A stretch of 62,080 nucleotides of DNA. It comes from Candidatus Micrarchaeota archaeon (lineage in GTDB: Archaea > B1Sed10-29 > WALL01 > WAMD01). Where the stretch lies: assembly GCA_964652335.1 (NCBI GenBank), contig CAZZDL010000001.1:1-62080 (forward strand), read 5' to 3'. The translations under genes were made by a program, and so were the position numbers. Shown here piece after piece: positions 19,124-29,405 of this stretch (positions within the stretch are counted from its first letter, which is position 1; each line of letters begins with the position of its first letter). The notes under the pieces were generated by a model, which had not been told where the DNA came from, ran no database searches, and was given only the letters and a program-made list of their open reading frames with translations.

Positions 19124-20097
19124 GCATGTATCAACCCATCAAATATTGCTAGCAGTACAGGACCGATAACAAATCCTTTCGGGCCGAATACTAATACTCC
19201 TCCAATAAACGCTAACAAAACTAGCAATGGATGTATATCTGTTGTCCTGCTAAGGAGTATTGGTTTTATCACATTATCTGGAACAAAGAAAAGGAAAACA
19301 GCTAATAGGAACAATATAACTGCATGAGGAAAATCACCCAAGAGCAGGTAATACGCTGTGGCAGGTATGAGAAATAACTGTGGACCCACCATTGGGATAA
19401 ATTGCAGTAAAGCTGCAATGAAACCAGATATAAAGGCATATGGTATTGAAGCTATCTCAAATACTACTGTAGTTATCATACCAACAGTAAACGCAGAGAA
19501 GATTGAACCGACAAATATCCCTTCTATATTTGCGTCTATCCTGTCTATCTGCTTTGATATGCGCCTAGGCAATAATTCCTCCAAGAACTTCCTCAACATT
19601 TTTCCATCCTTCAAAAGGAAAAAAGCTATTACAAGAGCCATTACCAATGTAACAATAAGGTTAACCAATTGAAACACAAACTCAAACAGCTTCGTGCTGG
19701 CCATAGATATATATGTGTTCAGCTGGTTTGATAGAGATGAAATAAATGGTGATACCTCTGGATGATTTGATATGAATGTTGATAAGTATTTGCTCGCAGT
19801 TATAACACTACTCATCCAACTATCAACAGAAAGCTTGTTTAATTCTGCCAGAACCTGGACACCTGTGTATAATATCAGAAGAGTTATAACAGAAACAAGT
19901 ACTAATAAAGTTAGCAGTGGAGCAGCAATATCTCCAAGCACTGGTCTTATCTTCCTGACTATTGGTCTTGATAGATATGCAAAAACTATTGCATATGCAA
20001 CTGCCTCCATCAAGGGAAGATAAACCAGTCCTACAAGCAACGCGAAGCCTACCAACAATACTGGCAGCCAGTATTTATCAGATTTCATGGACCCCAT
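19111..20097 (-). CDS. AI-2E (PerM/UPF0118) family transporter
   Basis: Polytopic protein; LQFIPMVGPQLFLIPA segment typical of the family. Confidence 0.65.
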   Translation of the reverse strand: MGSMKSDKYWLPVLLVGFALLVGLVYLPLMEAVAYAIVFAYLSRPIVRKIRPVLGDIAAPLLTLLVLVSVITLLILYTGVQVLAELNKLSVDSWMSSVITASKYLSTFISNHPEVSPFISSLSNQLNTYISMASTKLFEFVFQLVNLIVTLVMALVIAFFLLKDGKMLRKFLEELLPRRISKQIDRIDANIEGIFVGSIFSAFTVGMITTVVFEIASIPYAFISGFIAALLQFIPMVGPQLFLIPATAYYLLLGDFPHAVILFLLAVFLFFVPDNVIKPILLSRTTDIHPLLVLLAFIGGVLVFGPKGFVIGPVLLAIFDGLIHAWLG

Positions 20098-20119
20098 AAC
20101 GAAAAACTAGTTAAAAAAA

Positions 20120-21358
20120 CTATTCAAACTTCTTCTCAACAGCTGCTATTACCTTTTCTGGATTGTATGCCAGCCTTATTAACTGTGTGTTCCCTCTTAT
20201 TCCCTTTCCAGACATCGTGATGGTTATCAAACCCATCATTTCCAACTCTTTTAAGTACTCCCTGTACCACCTAGCGCTCCTTGGTTTCTTGTTCCATTTC
20301 GTGCAAAGGGTTTCGTACCTCTCATAAACCTCTCCTGAGAACAAGACCTTGTCACCAACTTCCCTGCTAATACCCGTCAACTTTGCATATCTCCCCCCTT
20401 CTTTTGATAGCTCTGCTATTGAATACAAAACTATGGCAGGATGCTCTGGTAATGTCTCTATCAGATCCACAACTATATCCTCTTCCACTGCTGACCTCGC
20501 TAACTTTACATGTTTGTCTGTAACCTTTTCTCCAGACTCATCGGCTATTTCCCCTGCCTTCAACAAGAGCTTTAACGCGTATCTAGCGTCCCCAGATTCC
20601 TGGGCGGCATATGCCGCGGCTAGCTCAAGAGCAGAGTCGTCGCACATTCCCTCCCTGAACGCTAGTTTAGCTCGCTCAGCTAATATTGCCTTAAGCTGTA
20701 TTGCATTGTATGGAGCAAAAACCATCTCTTCCTGCATTAGTGTGGATTTACTCCTTGGATCTAACTTTTCCAGGAAAGTCACATTATTGGATATACCAAT
20801 TATGCTTATGTGCCCTTTTTCTATATGATCATTCGCCCTGGTTAGCATATACAACAAATCATCAATATCCTTAACCTGATCAACTTCGTCCAAAACAGTT
20901 ATGAACACTATATCCTTTGAGGATATATTCTCCAATATTCTGTCATACAAATGGGTAGAAGCAAAACCCATGAAATTTTCCCCGGGATACAAAGACTCAA
21001 CCATTTTGAGAAGTACTTGGTATTTTCTGTTGTGCGTTCGGCAGTTTATGTATATATGATCCACAGGTGAGTTATATTTTTCCTTAGCCTGATCAAACTT
21101 CTCCATTACGTGCTTAACCGTTGCGGTTTTTCCTGTTCCTGTTTTACCGTATATAAACAGATTACTCGGTCTCTTCTTTCTAAGTGCTGGAGCGAGAACC
21201 TTCATTATCTTTTCTATCTCCTTTTCTCTAAATGGAAGGTGATCTGGGATATAATGCGGGGAAAGGACATTTCTATCCAAAAAAATACTGCTCCTTGCCA
21301 TCTCTCTATCAAATATATCCATCATATCACCTATGTATTTATTAATATGGTATTTCAT
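20120..21358 (-). CDS. cdc6: Orc1/Cdc6 replication initiator
   Basis: Walker A GKTGTGKT, Walker B VLDEVD, C-terminal winged helix; true start may be the internal MMDIF. Confidence 0.9.
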   Translation of the reverse strand: MKYHINKYIGDMMDIFDREMARSSIFLDRNVLSPHYIPDHLPFREKEIEKIMKVLAPALRKKRPSNLFIYGKTGTGKTATVKHVMEKFDQAKEKYNSPVDHIYINCRTHNRKYQVLLKMVESLYPGENFMGFASTHLYDRILENISSKDIVFITVLDEVDQVKDIDDLLYMLTRANDHIEKGHISIIGISNNVTFLEKLDPRSKSTLMQEEMVFAPYNAIQLKAILAERAKLAFREGMCDDSALELAAAYAAQESGDARYALKLLLKAGEIADESGEKVTDKHVKLARSAVEEDIVVDLIETLPEHPAIVLYSIAELSKEGGRYAKLTGISREVGDKVLFSGEVYERYETLCTKWNKKPRSARWYREYLKELEMMGLITITMSGKGIRGNTQLIRLAYNPEKVIAAVEKKFE

Positions 21359-21417
21359 AATTTAGATTGCATAATTTGGTAAACTTCCACTATTAAATAC
21401 TTAAGGAGGGAGATAAA

Positions 21418-21789
21418 ATGGTTGAATTTCTCAAGAAACTTTCTGCTAGGATGGGAGGTACAACAGAAGAGGAAGAGATAGAAGACTACCTAGAAACCCT
21501 TGGTGTAGAAGAAGAACATTTTGAAGAAGAGGCTGACATGTGGGTAAAACCATTCGTCCTAGACTCTGTAGATGTGGTAAATCAAATAGTAACAGCCCTA
21601 GACGGGGGATCAATTGCCTTGATAAACATAGAGCCAATGTACAAAAGAAATAAGGCGAAACTGAAGCAGGCTCTAGACAAAATAAAGAGATACACTGCTG
21701 ATGTTAACGGTGATCTTGTTAGAGTATCAGAATACAAGATACTCGCAACTCCAAGGGGCGTGAAGGTTGACAGAAGGAAGAAAAAGTGA
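21418..21789 (+). CDS. sepF: Cell-division protein SepF homolog (DUF552)
   Basis: VKPFVLDSVDVVNQIVTALDGGSIALINIE...DLVRVSEYKILATPRGVKV. Confidence 0.8.
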   Translation: MVEFLKKLSARMGGTTEEEEIEDYLETLGVEEEHFEEEADMWVKPFVLDSVDVVNQIVTALDGGSIALINIEPMYKRNKAKLKQALDKIKRYTADVNGDLVRVSEYKILATPRGVKVDRRKKK

Positions 21790-21795
21790 TAGGAC

Positions 21796-22572
21796 ATGCT
21801 AATAGATAACCCCGCCCTCCAACTCTCTATTTCTAGCGACAACATACCAGGGATACTGCACGCAATATTAAAGGAGAAACATTGGAAAAACTTTCAAGTG
21901 GCAAATGTAAAGCTAGTCTATGTCCCTCATTGGTTCTTCAACTTTGACATGTATTTTGAAACCCCTGAAGGGATACAAACCTATTCATCCCAGATGGCAC
22001 TGGATGCAGTAACTGGGAAGCTCAATCCAATAATCGTTGAAATATTGAAGGAAATACCTGTTGGAAAAACCAACGAGATAAAAGAAGGAGAGGTTGAGAA
22101 ACCGACAATATCAAAGGATGAATTGAAGGAAGTGGCAAAGATAAAGATAGCTGGCGAGCTAAAGATTCCAAAGGATAAGCTTACAATCTATGGGGCAAAC
22201 CTTGTCTATGTCCCTGTGTATAGGGCTTGGGTAACTCTTGGGAAGAGAATTGTTAGGCTAGACATAGATGGAATATCTGGTTCACCCATAAATATCCAAG
22301 ATGTTCCTGAAAAGGAAAGGGGAGTAATAGAGATAACTGCAGATATGATAGAAGAGCTAAAAACTCCAGAAGGATGGATAGATTACTCAAAGAAGGCAGG
22401 GAACTGGATTGGAGAGATAGCAAAGGCAACTGGTGGAGCAGTAGCAAAGCAAGTAAAATCTGGGATAATTAACTGGTTATTTACGACAAAATCTGGGCAG
22501 TATACATTACTAACTGTTGTGGTCCTGGTGTTGTTGTACCTCGTTCTAAAGAAGTATGGAATAATCACATAA
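21796..22572 (+). CDS. C-terminally tail-anchored protein with internally duplicated LVYVP-aromatic motif; unknown
   Basis: VKLVYVPHWFF and ANLVYVPVYRAW repeats, C-terminal TM LLTVVVLVLLYLVL. Confidence 0.55.
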   Translation: MLIDNPALQLSISSDNIPGILHAILKEKHWKNFQVANVKLVYVPHWFFNFDMYFETPEGIQTYSSQMALDAVTGKLNPIIVEILKEIPVGKTNEIKEGEVEKPTISKDELKEVAKIKIAGELKIPKDKLTIYGANLVYVPVYRAWVTLGKRIVRLDIDGISGSPINIQDVPEKERGVIEITADMIEELKTPEGWIDYSKKAGNWIGEIAKATGGAVAKQVKSGIINWLFTTKSGQYTLLTVVVLVLLYLVLKKYGIIT

Positions 22573-25500
22573 AATCGGCTATAGATGACTGGCGAACCTT
22601 GTCGTTCTTAAATATGGACTCTATATTCTTTTCAACGATTGCTAGTCTCTGGTTTGCATAATCAGATAAACCAAATTCTAGGGCTATCTTCCTTGATATG
22701 TCTAAATATTTTCTAACCGATCCTTCTGTTATCGTTAGGATAATCTTCCCCCCACACTTTGTGCATTCACCAATAAGTGGAGGTCGTCTATACTTCGCAT
22801 TGCAAGAGACACATCTAAATACCTGCTGCCCGAATGATCTAAGGTTACCGTATATATCTCTTATGAAATGGAAATCAAGTATTTTCTTAGCCTCATCTCT
22901 TTCATCCACAGCTCTTATCTTTTTGCCTAGGTTCAACTGGGCATACACCTTGTCAACCATATTCTCAAATTTTGTGTAAGCAGACTTGTAGTTGCCAAGG
23001 TTTATGTCAGACGTATCTAGAGCAAAATCAAATCCATCGTACTGGTTTTCTTTTCCAAGCCTATGTTTAACCAGCTCCATGTCAATCTCATCAGGCATAG
23101 GGGTTGACATTGACTTAATATAGAATTCCAATGGATAGACTCCAATAGTCTCCATCTCGTGCACTTGATCGTCTACCTGGCTGGGATCAATTATTGTGGT
23201 CAAAACCAACGGCGCATCCATCTTCCCTCCCCTAGAAGCTGGAAGGAAAAACTTTGAGAAATTAAGGAAAGCGTCCAAAGCCAGCATGCATGCATTTTCA
23301 TCCCCATCACAGTCCCTTCTTGTGGCTGCATGGAAATATGGATGAGCATACCATGCATTTGCCTCGGTAAATCCTATAACTCTCCCAAGAACCCCGGCTG
23401 ATGTGTGCGGCGCAAGTCCAATTATAAGGTGTCCAACAAGATCATCCTTGGAATTAATGTTGTAATACCTCTGGAGACCGTAAAATTTCTCAAGCAAATC
23501 ATCAATGAACATGGCAACCCTAACTAGGTAATCCCCTGCTCGCTTTGATATAATAACATCCTGTGGGAATAATTCAACTATCTGCTCCTCACTTTCAAGC
23601 GGATTGCCCTTGTAATCAGTGAGATAGCCTAGCTCCTTCAGCTTCTGAACACTGACTCCTATCTCCTTTGGTTTGAAATGTGTTAGTGGCAGATTAGTAG
23701 AATCAAATCTAATTGTTCCATCCTTAAATACATAAACATTGTATCTGGATCTTATTATTCCCTTCTCCAACGGCTCAAACATCTTGAACTCTGACGTTGT
23801 TCCAATCACTCCTTTGAGTCTATCCCCTGGTTTACCAACTCTCTCTATTGCCTGTTTTAGCATGTCATTCAATGGAACCTGTCTTTCTGAATATGGCTTT
23901 CCTTTTCTTCTTACTATAACTGCCCTTGTCCCGCAGTCAGGACATTTATAGGAGAATACATCCTTTTTGCATTTTGGACAAAATAGATTTACAGTTTCAA
24001 CGTTTATGTTTGTCTCCTCAGCGGCTCTCAGTACTGACCTCGTTGAACCACCATACTGGCCAACTGGGAAAAGAAGATGAGGTGGTGGGCTCATCTTTCT
24101 CTCCCTTGCCTTTTCTGGCCTTCCCATTCTGCCCCCAATGTATGCGAATGGATGAGAAAAATGCATTACCTTCACAGGTGAAACTGCATTTACCAGATCA
24201 AGACCATTTTCTGCGTTAATTTCATTCAATCTGTCCAACGAGTCTGGAAGGCCCAATACAAACATCAAAACCTTATCAAAATCCTTGTCTATCTCAATAG
24301 TATCTTCGTTGATCCTATGAGGAACCAACAACTTTTCAAGTATGCGCTTTTCCTCTGAGATTTTCCTATCTCCCACTAGCCATTTGGCTAATTGCTTAAT
24401 CTCATCTACTGACAGCTCATTGAATGGTAATGTATATCTTGGATGCAGAGGGATGTTATATCTCTTTGATAAATCTATTGCATCATCTATGCTAACGTTA
24501 AACGGATCTTCAACCGCTCCTCCAGCTTTTACCAACTCTTGCATCCACCATTCTTCCACATAGGGAGAAGGGACTATTGGATGATTGCTCTTCAAAAAAT
24601 CTCCAAATGAAACAAGCATGTCTCCGAGGAATAATATCTCTGTAACCCTTCCCCTAATCTTCCTTGCCTGTTCTATATTCTCAACCCATACAACAGAGCC
24701 ATCGTCAAGTCTTACAACTGGACCCCTTATCTTATCATTGGTCGTTAGTGTGCATCCCTTTCCAGGTCTCTCAAGCTTAAGTTGTGTTCCTATCGCAGGG
24801 AATTCATCAAGGATTATCATTGTTGCTGGATGAATCGCTTTGCTCATCAAACCAGTATTTCGCCCTCTTCCATATCTCAATCTAAAACCACCAACCCTAG
24901 ACGGATATGCAAATATCGGTCTCCCAGCAACTAATTCAGATAGGTATTTCCATTCTGGGGAAACCTTAACCTTATCAGATTTATCCACCTTTATCAGAGA
25001 ATTAATCCATGACCAGTCAAGTCCAAATATCTTAGAATACTTCACTAACTTTTTCGCCTTTTGGGCTATCCCCTCAGCAATAACAAGGCACATCCCACCC
25101 CTGACCCTGTTGCTTGGGAACCTTTCTAGATCCTTATAAGCATCCACTTCAACTTGCGCTGTCGGATCACCACTTATACATACAGGACAGTTTCTAACTA
25201 TGTGCCTGACTTCGTCATCGGATGGTTTATACTGCAACCTTGCAACCGCACTATGGTATAAGTTTATTTCTTCAACATATCTCTCAATCTCTGTGTCCGT
25301 TGGTTTGAACCTGTCCAACTTAAGCATCTTCCTAGTGTAATCTGCAAGCAACACAGATAATGCCTGTGCTGTTCCACCAGCCGACCTTATTGGTCCAGCA
25401 TAATGCACAGTGAGATAGTATGATCCATCAGGGTTTTTATCTATGCTTACCTTGGATATTCCTTCAATTGGGGCAGCAACAACTCCTTCTGTGAGCAAGG

Positions 25501-25813
25501 CTAAGCTACTCCTTATTGCTGTTTCAGCCAGTTTCTCTTTATCCTCCCCCCTGGATAGTATCTCCTCTATGAGCTTTAAAGCTAAAAGCTCTCTCGGCAT
25601 AGAAGAATTCTTTCTTATGAAATCAGCTATCCCCTCTGGACCAACCAATCCCTCAACCCTATCTGCTAGGTCATTAGCTAATTTCACTTCAACATCCGTA
25701 TCAGGGTCAAGACCTCTCTCCCTCGCAGATTTCGCAATAGAGTAAACATTATTCAGATTAGATAAAAGCGTTTCATAGTAATCCCTGACTCTAGGAGATG
25801 CGTTAAGTTCCAT
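22565..25813 (-). CDS. polC: DNA polymerase II (PolD) large subunit DP2
   Basis: 1082 aa, collinear with DP2 (CPxC zinc modules, HPYFHAATRRDCDGDE catalytic region). Confidence 0.95.
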   Translation of the reverse strand: MELNASPRVRDYYETLLSNLNNVYSIAKSARERGLDPDTDVEVKLANDLADRVEGLVGPEGIADFIRKNSSMPRELLALKLIEEILSRGEDKEKLAETAIRSSLALLTEGVVAAPIEGISKVSIDKNPDGSYYLTVHYAGPIRSAGGTAQALSVLLADYTRKMLKLDRFKPTDTEIERYVEEINLYHSAVARLQYKPSDDEVRHIVRNCPVCISGDPTAQVEVDAYKDLERFPSNRVRGGMCLVIAEGIAQKAKKLVKYSKIFGLDWSWINSLIKVDKSDKVKVSPEWKYLSELVAGRPIFAYPSRVGGFRLRYGRGRNTGLMSKAIHPATMIILDEFPAIGTQLKLERPGKGCTLTTNDKIRGPVVRLDDGSVVWVENIEQARKIRGRVTEILFLGDMLVSFGDFLKSNHPIVPSPYVEEWWMQELVKAGGAVEDPFNVSIDDAIDLSKRYNIPLHPRYTLPFNELSVDEIKQLAKWLVGDRKISEEKRILEKLLVPHRINEDTIEIDKDFDKVLMFVLGLPDSLDRLNEINAENGLDLVNAVSPVKVMHFSHPFAYIGGRMGRPEKARERKMSPPPHLLFPVGQYGGSTRSVLRAAEETNINVETVNLFCPKCKKDVFSYKCPDCGTRAVIVRRKGKPYSERQVPLNDMLKQAIERVGKPGDRLKGVIGTTSEFKMFEPLEKGIIRSRYNVYVFKDGTIRFDSTNLPLTHFKPKEIGVSVQKLKELGYLTDYKGNPLESEEQIVELFPQDVIISKRAGDYLVRVAMFIDDLLEKFYGLQRYYNINSKDDLVGHLIIGLAPHTSAGVLGRVIGFTEANAWYAHPYFHAATRRDCDGDENACMLALDAFLNFSKFFLPASRGGKMDAPLVLTTIIDPSQVDDQVHEMETIGVYPLEFYIKSMSTPMPDEIDMELVKHRLGKENQYDGFDFALDTSDINLGNYKSAYTKFENMVDKVYAQLNLGKKIRAVDERDEAKKILDFHFIRDIYGNLRSFGQQVFRCVSCNAKYRRPPLIGECTKCGGKIILTITEGSVRKYLDISRKIALEFGLSDYANQRLAIVEKNIESIFKNDKVRQSSIADFM

Positions 25814-27278
25814 ATCCTCCCCTTCTAAACTTTAGTAATGATGTTCTCCTGTCCCTCAGAGTCATAACTGGAAGTATGCAAGGTGTTGGGTGATGTCCCT
25901 GTTTTATCTGATATGGAGTAATGTCCTGCCATGTGCCTGAATTCACTATTGTAACACCGCGGTAAGTGGTATATCCATTCTTGTGTACATCTCCAAAGTG
26001 CATAATATCTGGGACTCTCTCTATAACAAAATAATCTCTTTTTTCTGGAGTTATTGGTGGTTTTTCACCATAGACAACGTGAAGATTCCTCCTTTTCAAA
26101 ACCTCTACCCCCAATTGCTCCGGCTTTGAGTAATCAAATCCAGATATGTGTGGAACAAAGCTATGTATGCTCTGTCCATGGTAAAGCAACACCTCAATGC
26201 CATGGAGACTAACATACGATGGAGAGCCAAGTAGATGGACATTCTCCATTGAATGTAAATCTGGAGCCAACTCCTTTGGCAACGCTGGTTGTGGAGCAGC
26301 AACCCTAACGGCATCGTGGTTCCCAGGAATTACAATAATTTCTATATACTCTGGTATCTCAGCAATGAGCCCCTCAAAATACTTATACTGTTCGTATATA
26401 TCCAATATCTCAAGCTCATCTTCTTGACCTGGGTAAACACCTATACCATCAACTAGGTCTCCAGCTATGGTTATATATTTTATCCTCTCTGCGAGATCCT
26501 TTCTTTCACCTTTACCATTAAGCCAATCAAGGAACTTCCTAAAATATTTTTCAAGAAATAGATTACTCCCAACATGCAAATCAGATATCATGGCTAAAGC
26601 AATATCCTCATCTGATGTCTTTGGCTCCTTTTTGGGTATGTCTGGTTGTATTATATCTGACGCTATGAATAAATCTCCCCTTGAGAATCTACCATCCACA
26701 GCTATAACTTCATCTGGGAGTATAGACGATGCCTTCGCCATTAAGGATTGGTTATCCTTCGGGACTAAAACTGTCAGATTATCCGATAGGTCTTCAATAT
26801 GTATAAGGTAATGCCCGGTCCTTGACATCCTCTTGTCACTGACCATCCCTATTATCCTGGCAGTTTCTGTTGGCCTAATCTTTTTTAGCCTTTTTATATC
26901 CTTGACTGTTGGTCCTGGCCGTGATCTTAATATCTCAGATATCCTGTTAAACCTGTCTCTGAAAAAATCTATAAAGTCATTAACAGAACCAGATGATTCA
27001 GATTTTCCAGTCACATCAAATTCTTCAAATATCTTAATTCTTGGTTCAATATCCTTTGCAATCGGCTTAAAATCAGATGGTAGATTTATCTCTTTCTCTT
27101 TGGTCTCAACCTTCTCCTGTTTTATGACAACATCCGAAAGAGTAAGGAATTTCTTTCCTTTATTCTTTTCCAAAACAGCCCTTGCATAAGCATCTGGCTC
27201 ATCCTGAGAGAGTATATAATCTAATGCGTCCTTTGCCAAGAATACTCCTCTCTCAAAAAAGAAATTAGAAACATCCAT
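25803..27278 (-). CDS. polB: DNA polymerase II (PolD) small subunit DP1
   Basis: Calcineurin-like nuclease motifs SDLHVGS, GDLVDG, PGNHD; start set to ATG 27278 to avoid overlap with tyrS. Confidence 0.9.
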   Translation of the reverse strand: MDVSNFFFERGVFLAKDALDYILSQDEPDAYARAVLEKNKGKKFLTLSDVVIKQEKVETKEKEINLPSDFKPIAKDIEPRIKIFEEFDVTGKSESSGSVNDFIDFFRDRFNRISEILRSRPGPTVKDIKRLKKIRPTETARIIGMVSDKRMSRTGHYLIHIEDLSDNLTVLVPKDNQSLMAKASSILPDEVIAVDGRFSRGDLFIASDIIQPDIPKKEPKTSDEDIALAMISDLHVGSNLFLEKYFRKFLDWLNGKGERKDLAERIKYITIAGDLVDGIGVYPGQEDELEILDIYEQYKYFEGLIAEIPEYIEIIVIPGNHDAVRVAAPQPALPKELAPDLHSMENVHLLGSPSYVSLHGIEVLLYHGQSIHSFVPHISGFDYSKPEQLGVEVLKRRNLHVVYGEKPPITPEKRDYFVIERVPDIMHFGDVHKNGYTTYRGVTIVNSGTWQDITPYQIKQGHHPTPCILPVMTLRDRRTSLLKFRRGGYGT

Positions 27279-27313
27279 GGTGTATATTTTTGAAAATCCA
27301 ACTATAAATAGAA

Positions 27314-28258
27314 TTAAATTGGAGGTTTTAATCCTTTGCACGGTTTCAGTATTTCAGACAACGCTTCCGCGACAGCCCGTTTTAGATCAAGTGGGTGCAA
27401 CCCTGATTTAAACGCATCCTCTAACTCCTGATAAGAATTGAGCTCCAAATCGCCACCATATTTGGCGTCCCTCTCGATTTTTAGGGATCCCAATTCTGGG
27501 AATATGACTAGCTTGGCTATTTGTAGGATCGGATTGTCCTTGATCTCCTGTTTGGGACAATAGGCAGAGTTTATCTTCTTCATTATACTCTCCTTGTCCT
27601 CATGAACAGCAATTATGGTTGAAGGGTCAGATGAACTCATCTTTGTCCCAGGGCCTTTTAACGAGACTATAAGCTCGTGATGTATGCACACCGGTTTCTT
27701 CCACCCCATCTTTGGAAGATATTCCCTTGCAAGCATGTGTATCTTTCTTTGCTCCATTCCACCTAGAGCTAGTTCTACCCTCAAATGCTTTATGTCCATA
27801 ACCTGCATTGCTGGGTATATTATTTGAGAAACCCTCGCGTTCTCCACGTCCCTAGCCACCTGCTGCATGCTTCTAAGAGCCCGGTTTATTGTTAACTCGT
27901 TTGCAAGTAGGAAAACATCCTTGACATAATCCTCTGAAAATTGGTAATCACTTCCTAGCACAAATTCTGCCTCAACGCCAAGTGCCTTGAATACATTCTC
28001 CCAATATTTTGCCCACTCAGCTATATCCGTAAGATCACCCTTCCTGTTCAACCAGGCATGTACGTCCGCAAGTAAAATCTTCACTCTTGCCCCTGCTGAC
28101 ACAAGATCCTTTACCTTTTCTATGCTGGCTAGATGGCCCAAATGGACTGGCCCACTTGGTTCGTATCCACAATAAGCGGTAGGACTGTCACCAAGCCCAG
28201 ACAACTCTTTCTCTTCAATTATCTCAATAGTATTCCTTTTAATGAGATCTAGCTTCAT
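27314..28258 (-). CDS. tyrS: Tyrosyl-tRNA synthetase (archaeal short form)
   Basis: HLGH and KMSSS class I motifs. Confidence 0.9.
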   Translation of the reverse strand: MKLDLIKRNTIEIIEEKELSGLGDSPTAYCGYEPSGPVHLGHLASIEKVKDLVSAGARVKILLADVHAWLNRKGDLTDIAEWAKYWENVFKALGVEAEFVLGSDYQFSEDYVKDVFLLANELTINRALRSMQQVARDVENARVSQIIYPAMQVMDIKHLRVELALGGMEQRKIHMLAREYLPKMGWKKPVCIHHELIVSLKGPGTKMSSSDPSTIIAVHEDKESIMKKINSAYCPKQEIKDNPILQIAKLVIFPELGSLKIERDAKYGGDLELNSYQELEDAFKSGLHPLDLKRAVAEALSEILKPCKGLKPPI

Positions 28259-28262
28259 ACAA

Positions 28263-28550
28263 TCACTTTATCTTTTCTTTAATCCCTTCAAGCTCAGATA
28301 TAACGGACATTATATCTGGTCTCGCATGGAATGGCAAATTTATATCGTTCAAAGCGTCGTCCAGGAGGTATATAGCCTGAGCTATGTTCACCTCCAATTC
28401 CTTTTCATTGTTGCTAGCTTCCACTCTCTTCTTTGCTTCCTCAACTGTCCTCCTTATATTCCTCGGTATGGTCGTATCCGAAAGAAGATTATCAAGGAGC
28501 TCTAAAACCATAGATATGTTTTTCTTGATAGAATCCTTCATATATATCAC
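28263..28550 (-). CDS. UPF0147 family protein
   Basis: DTTIPRNIRRTVEEA motif, 95 aa. Confidence 0.7.
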   Translation of the reverse strand: MIYMKDSIKKNISMVLELLDNLLSDTTIPRNIRRTVEEAKKRVEASNNEKELEVNIAQAIYLLDDALNDINLPFHARPDIMSVISELEGIKEKIK

Positions 28551-28562
28551 CTCGGTGATCTC

Positions 28563-29396
28563 ATGATACTACTTTCGTCCAAATGGGCAAAGCCATTGTT
28601 ACACAATGGAAACGTACGGTTCTCTCCTGACCTTGGTCTCTCCTTTGCAACAGCCAATGTGAGCGATGGAAAGGCCATTCTTCCTGATGGGCAGGTTTTA
28701 AATCTAAAAGACATCAGGAAGATCGTAAGGGATAATAGACACGTCTATTGTATTAGAGACAATCAGATATTTAAACTTGTAATCTCGGCTGGGAAAAATA
28801 CATACAAACTAACACCCTCAGATGGCGCACCAACTTTCGAGATAAATGGAGTAAGAATGCATCCAATAAAGGATACGACCCCTGACAAGATGGTAAAAAA
28901 GGTTATGAACGCTGTAAGAGTAAAGTCTAGAGATACTGTATTGGACATATGCACTGGTCTAGGATACACAGCTCAGGAGGCGGCTAGGAGATGTGCATAT
29001 GTTACAACAATTGAAAAGGATGAAAACGTATTAGAGCTTTCAAGACTGAACCCATGGTCAAAGGAGTTTTGGAAATTTGTGAAAAGCAAAAAAATAAAGA
29101 TCTTGATTGGAGATGCATTTGATGTTGTAAAGGAATTGAAGGGAAAATACAACGTTATAATACATGATCCCCCAAGGTTCTCTCTAGCTGGTGAATTATA
29201 CTCATTAGAATTCTATGAGAACCTTTGGAGGCTGGGGAGAAGAGGTGCGAGATTATATCATTACACTGGTTCACCTGGAGAAAGATTTAGAAAGAAAAGT
29301 GTGGTTAAGGGAGTTATGGAAAGACTGAGAACAGCAGGGTGGAAAAGAGTTAGATGGGTCCCAAGCATACAGGGTGTACTGGCTGTTAAGGAATAG
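28563..29396 (+). CDS. Class I SAM-dependent methyltransferase (DPPR motif, likely nucleic-acid MTase)
   Basis: VLDICTGLGYTA (motif I), IIHDPPRF (motif IV). Confidence 0.7.
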   Translation: MILLSSKWAKPLLHNGNVRFSPDLGLSFATANVSDGKAILPDGQVLNLKDIRKIVRDNRHVYCIRDNQIFKLVISAGKNTYKLTPSDGAPTFEINGVRMHPIKDTTPDKMVKKVMNAVRVKSRDTVLDICTGLGYTAQEAARRCAYVTTIEKDENVLELSRLNPWSKEFWKFVKSKKIKILIGDAFDVVKELKGKYNVIIHDPPRFSLAGELYSLEFYENLWRLGRRGARLYHYTGSPGERFRKKSVVKGVMERLRTAGWKRVRWVPSIQGVLAVKE

Positions 29397-29405
29397 TCTG
29401 TTATA

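Noticed and set aside
21359-21417. Replication origin/ORB upstream of cdc6
   Set aside because: There is only one TTCCAC half-site in 59 nt, with no repeated ORB elements and no extended AT-rich DUE, so I cannot call an origin from this.
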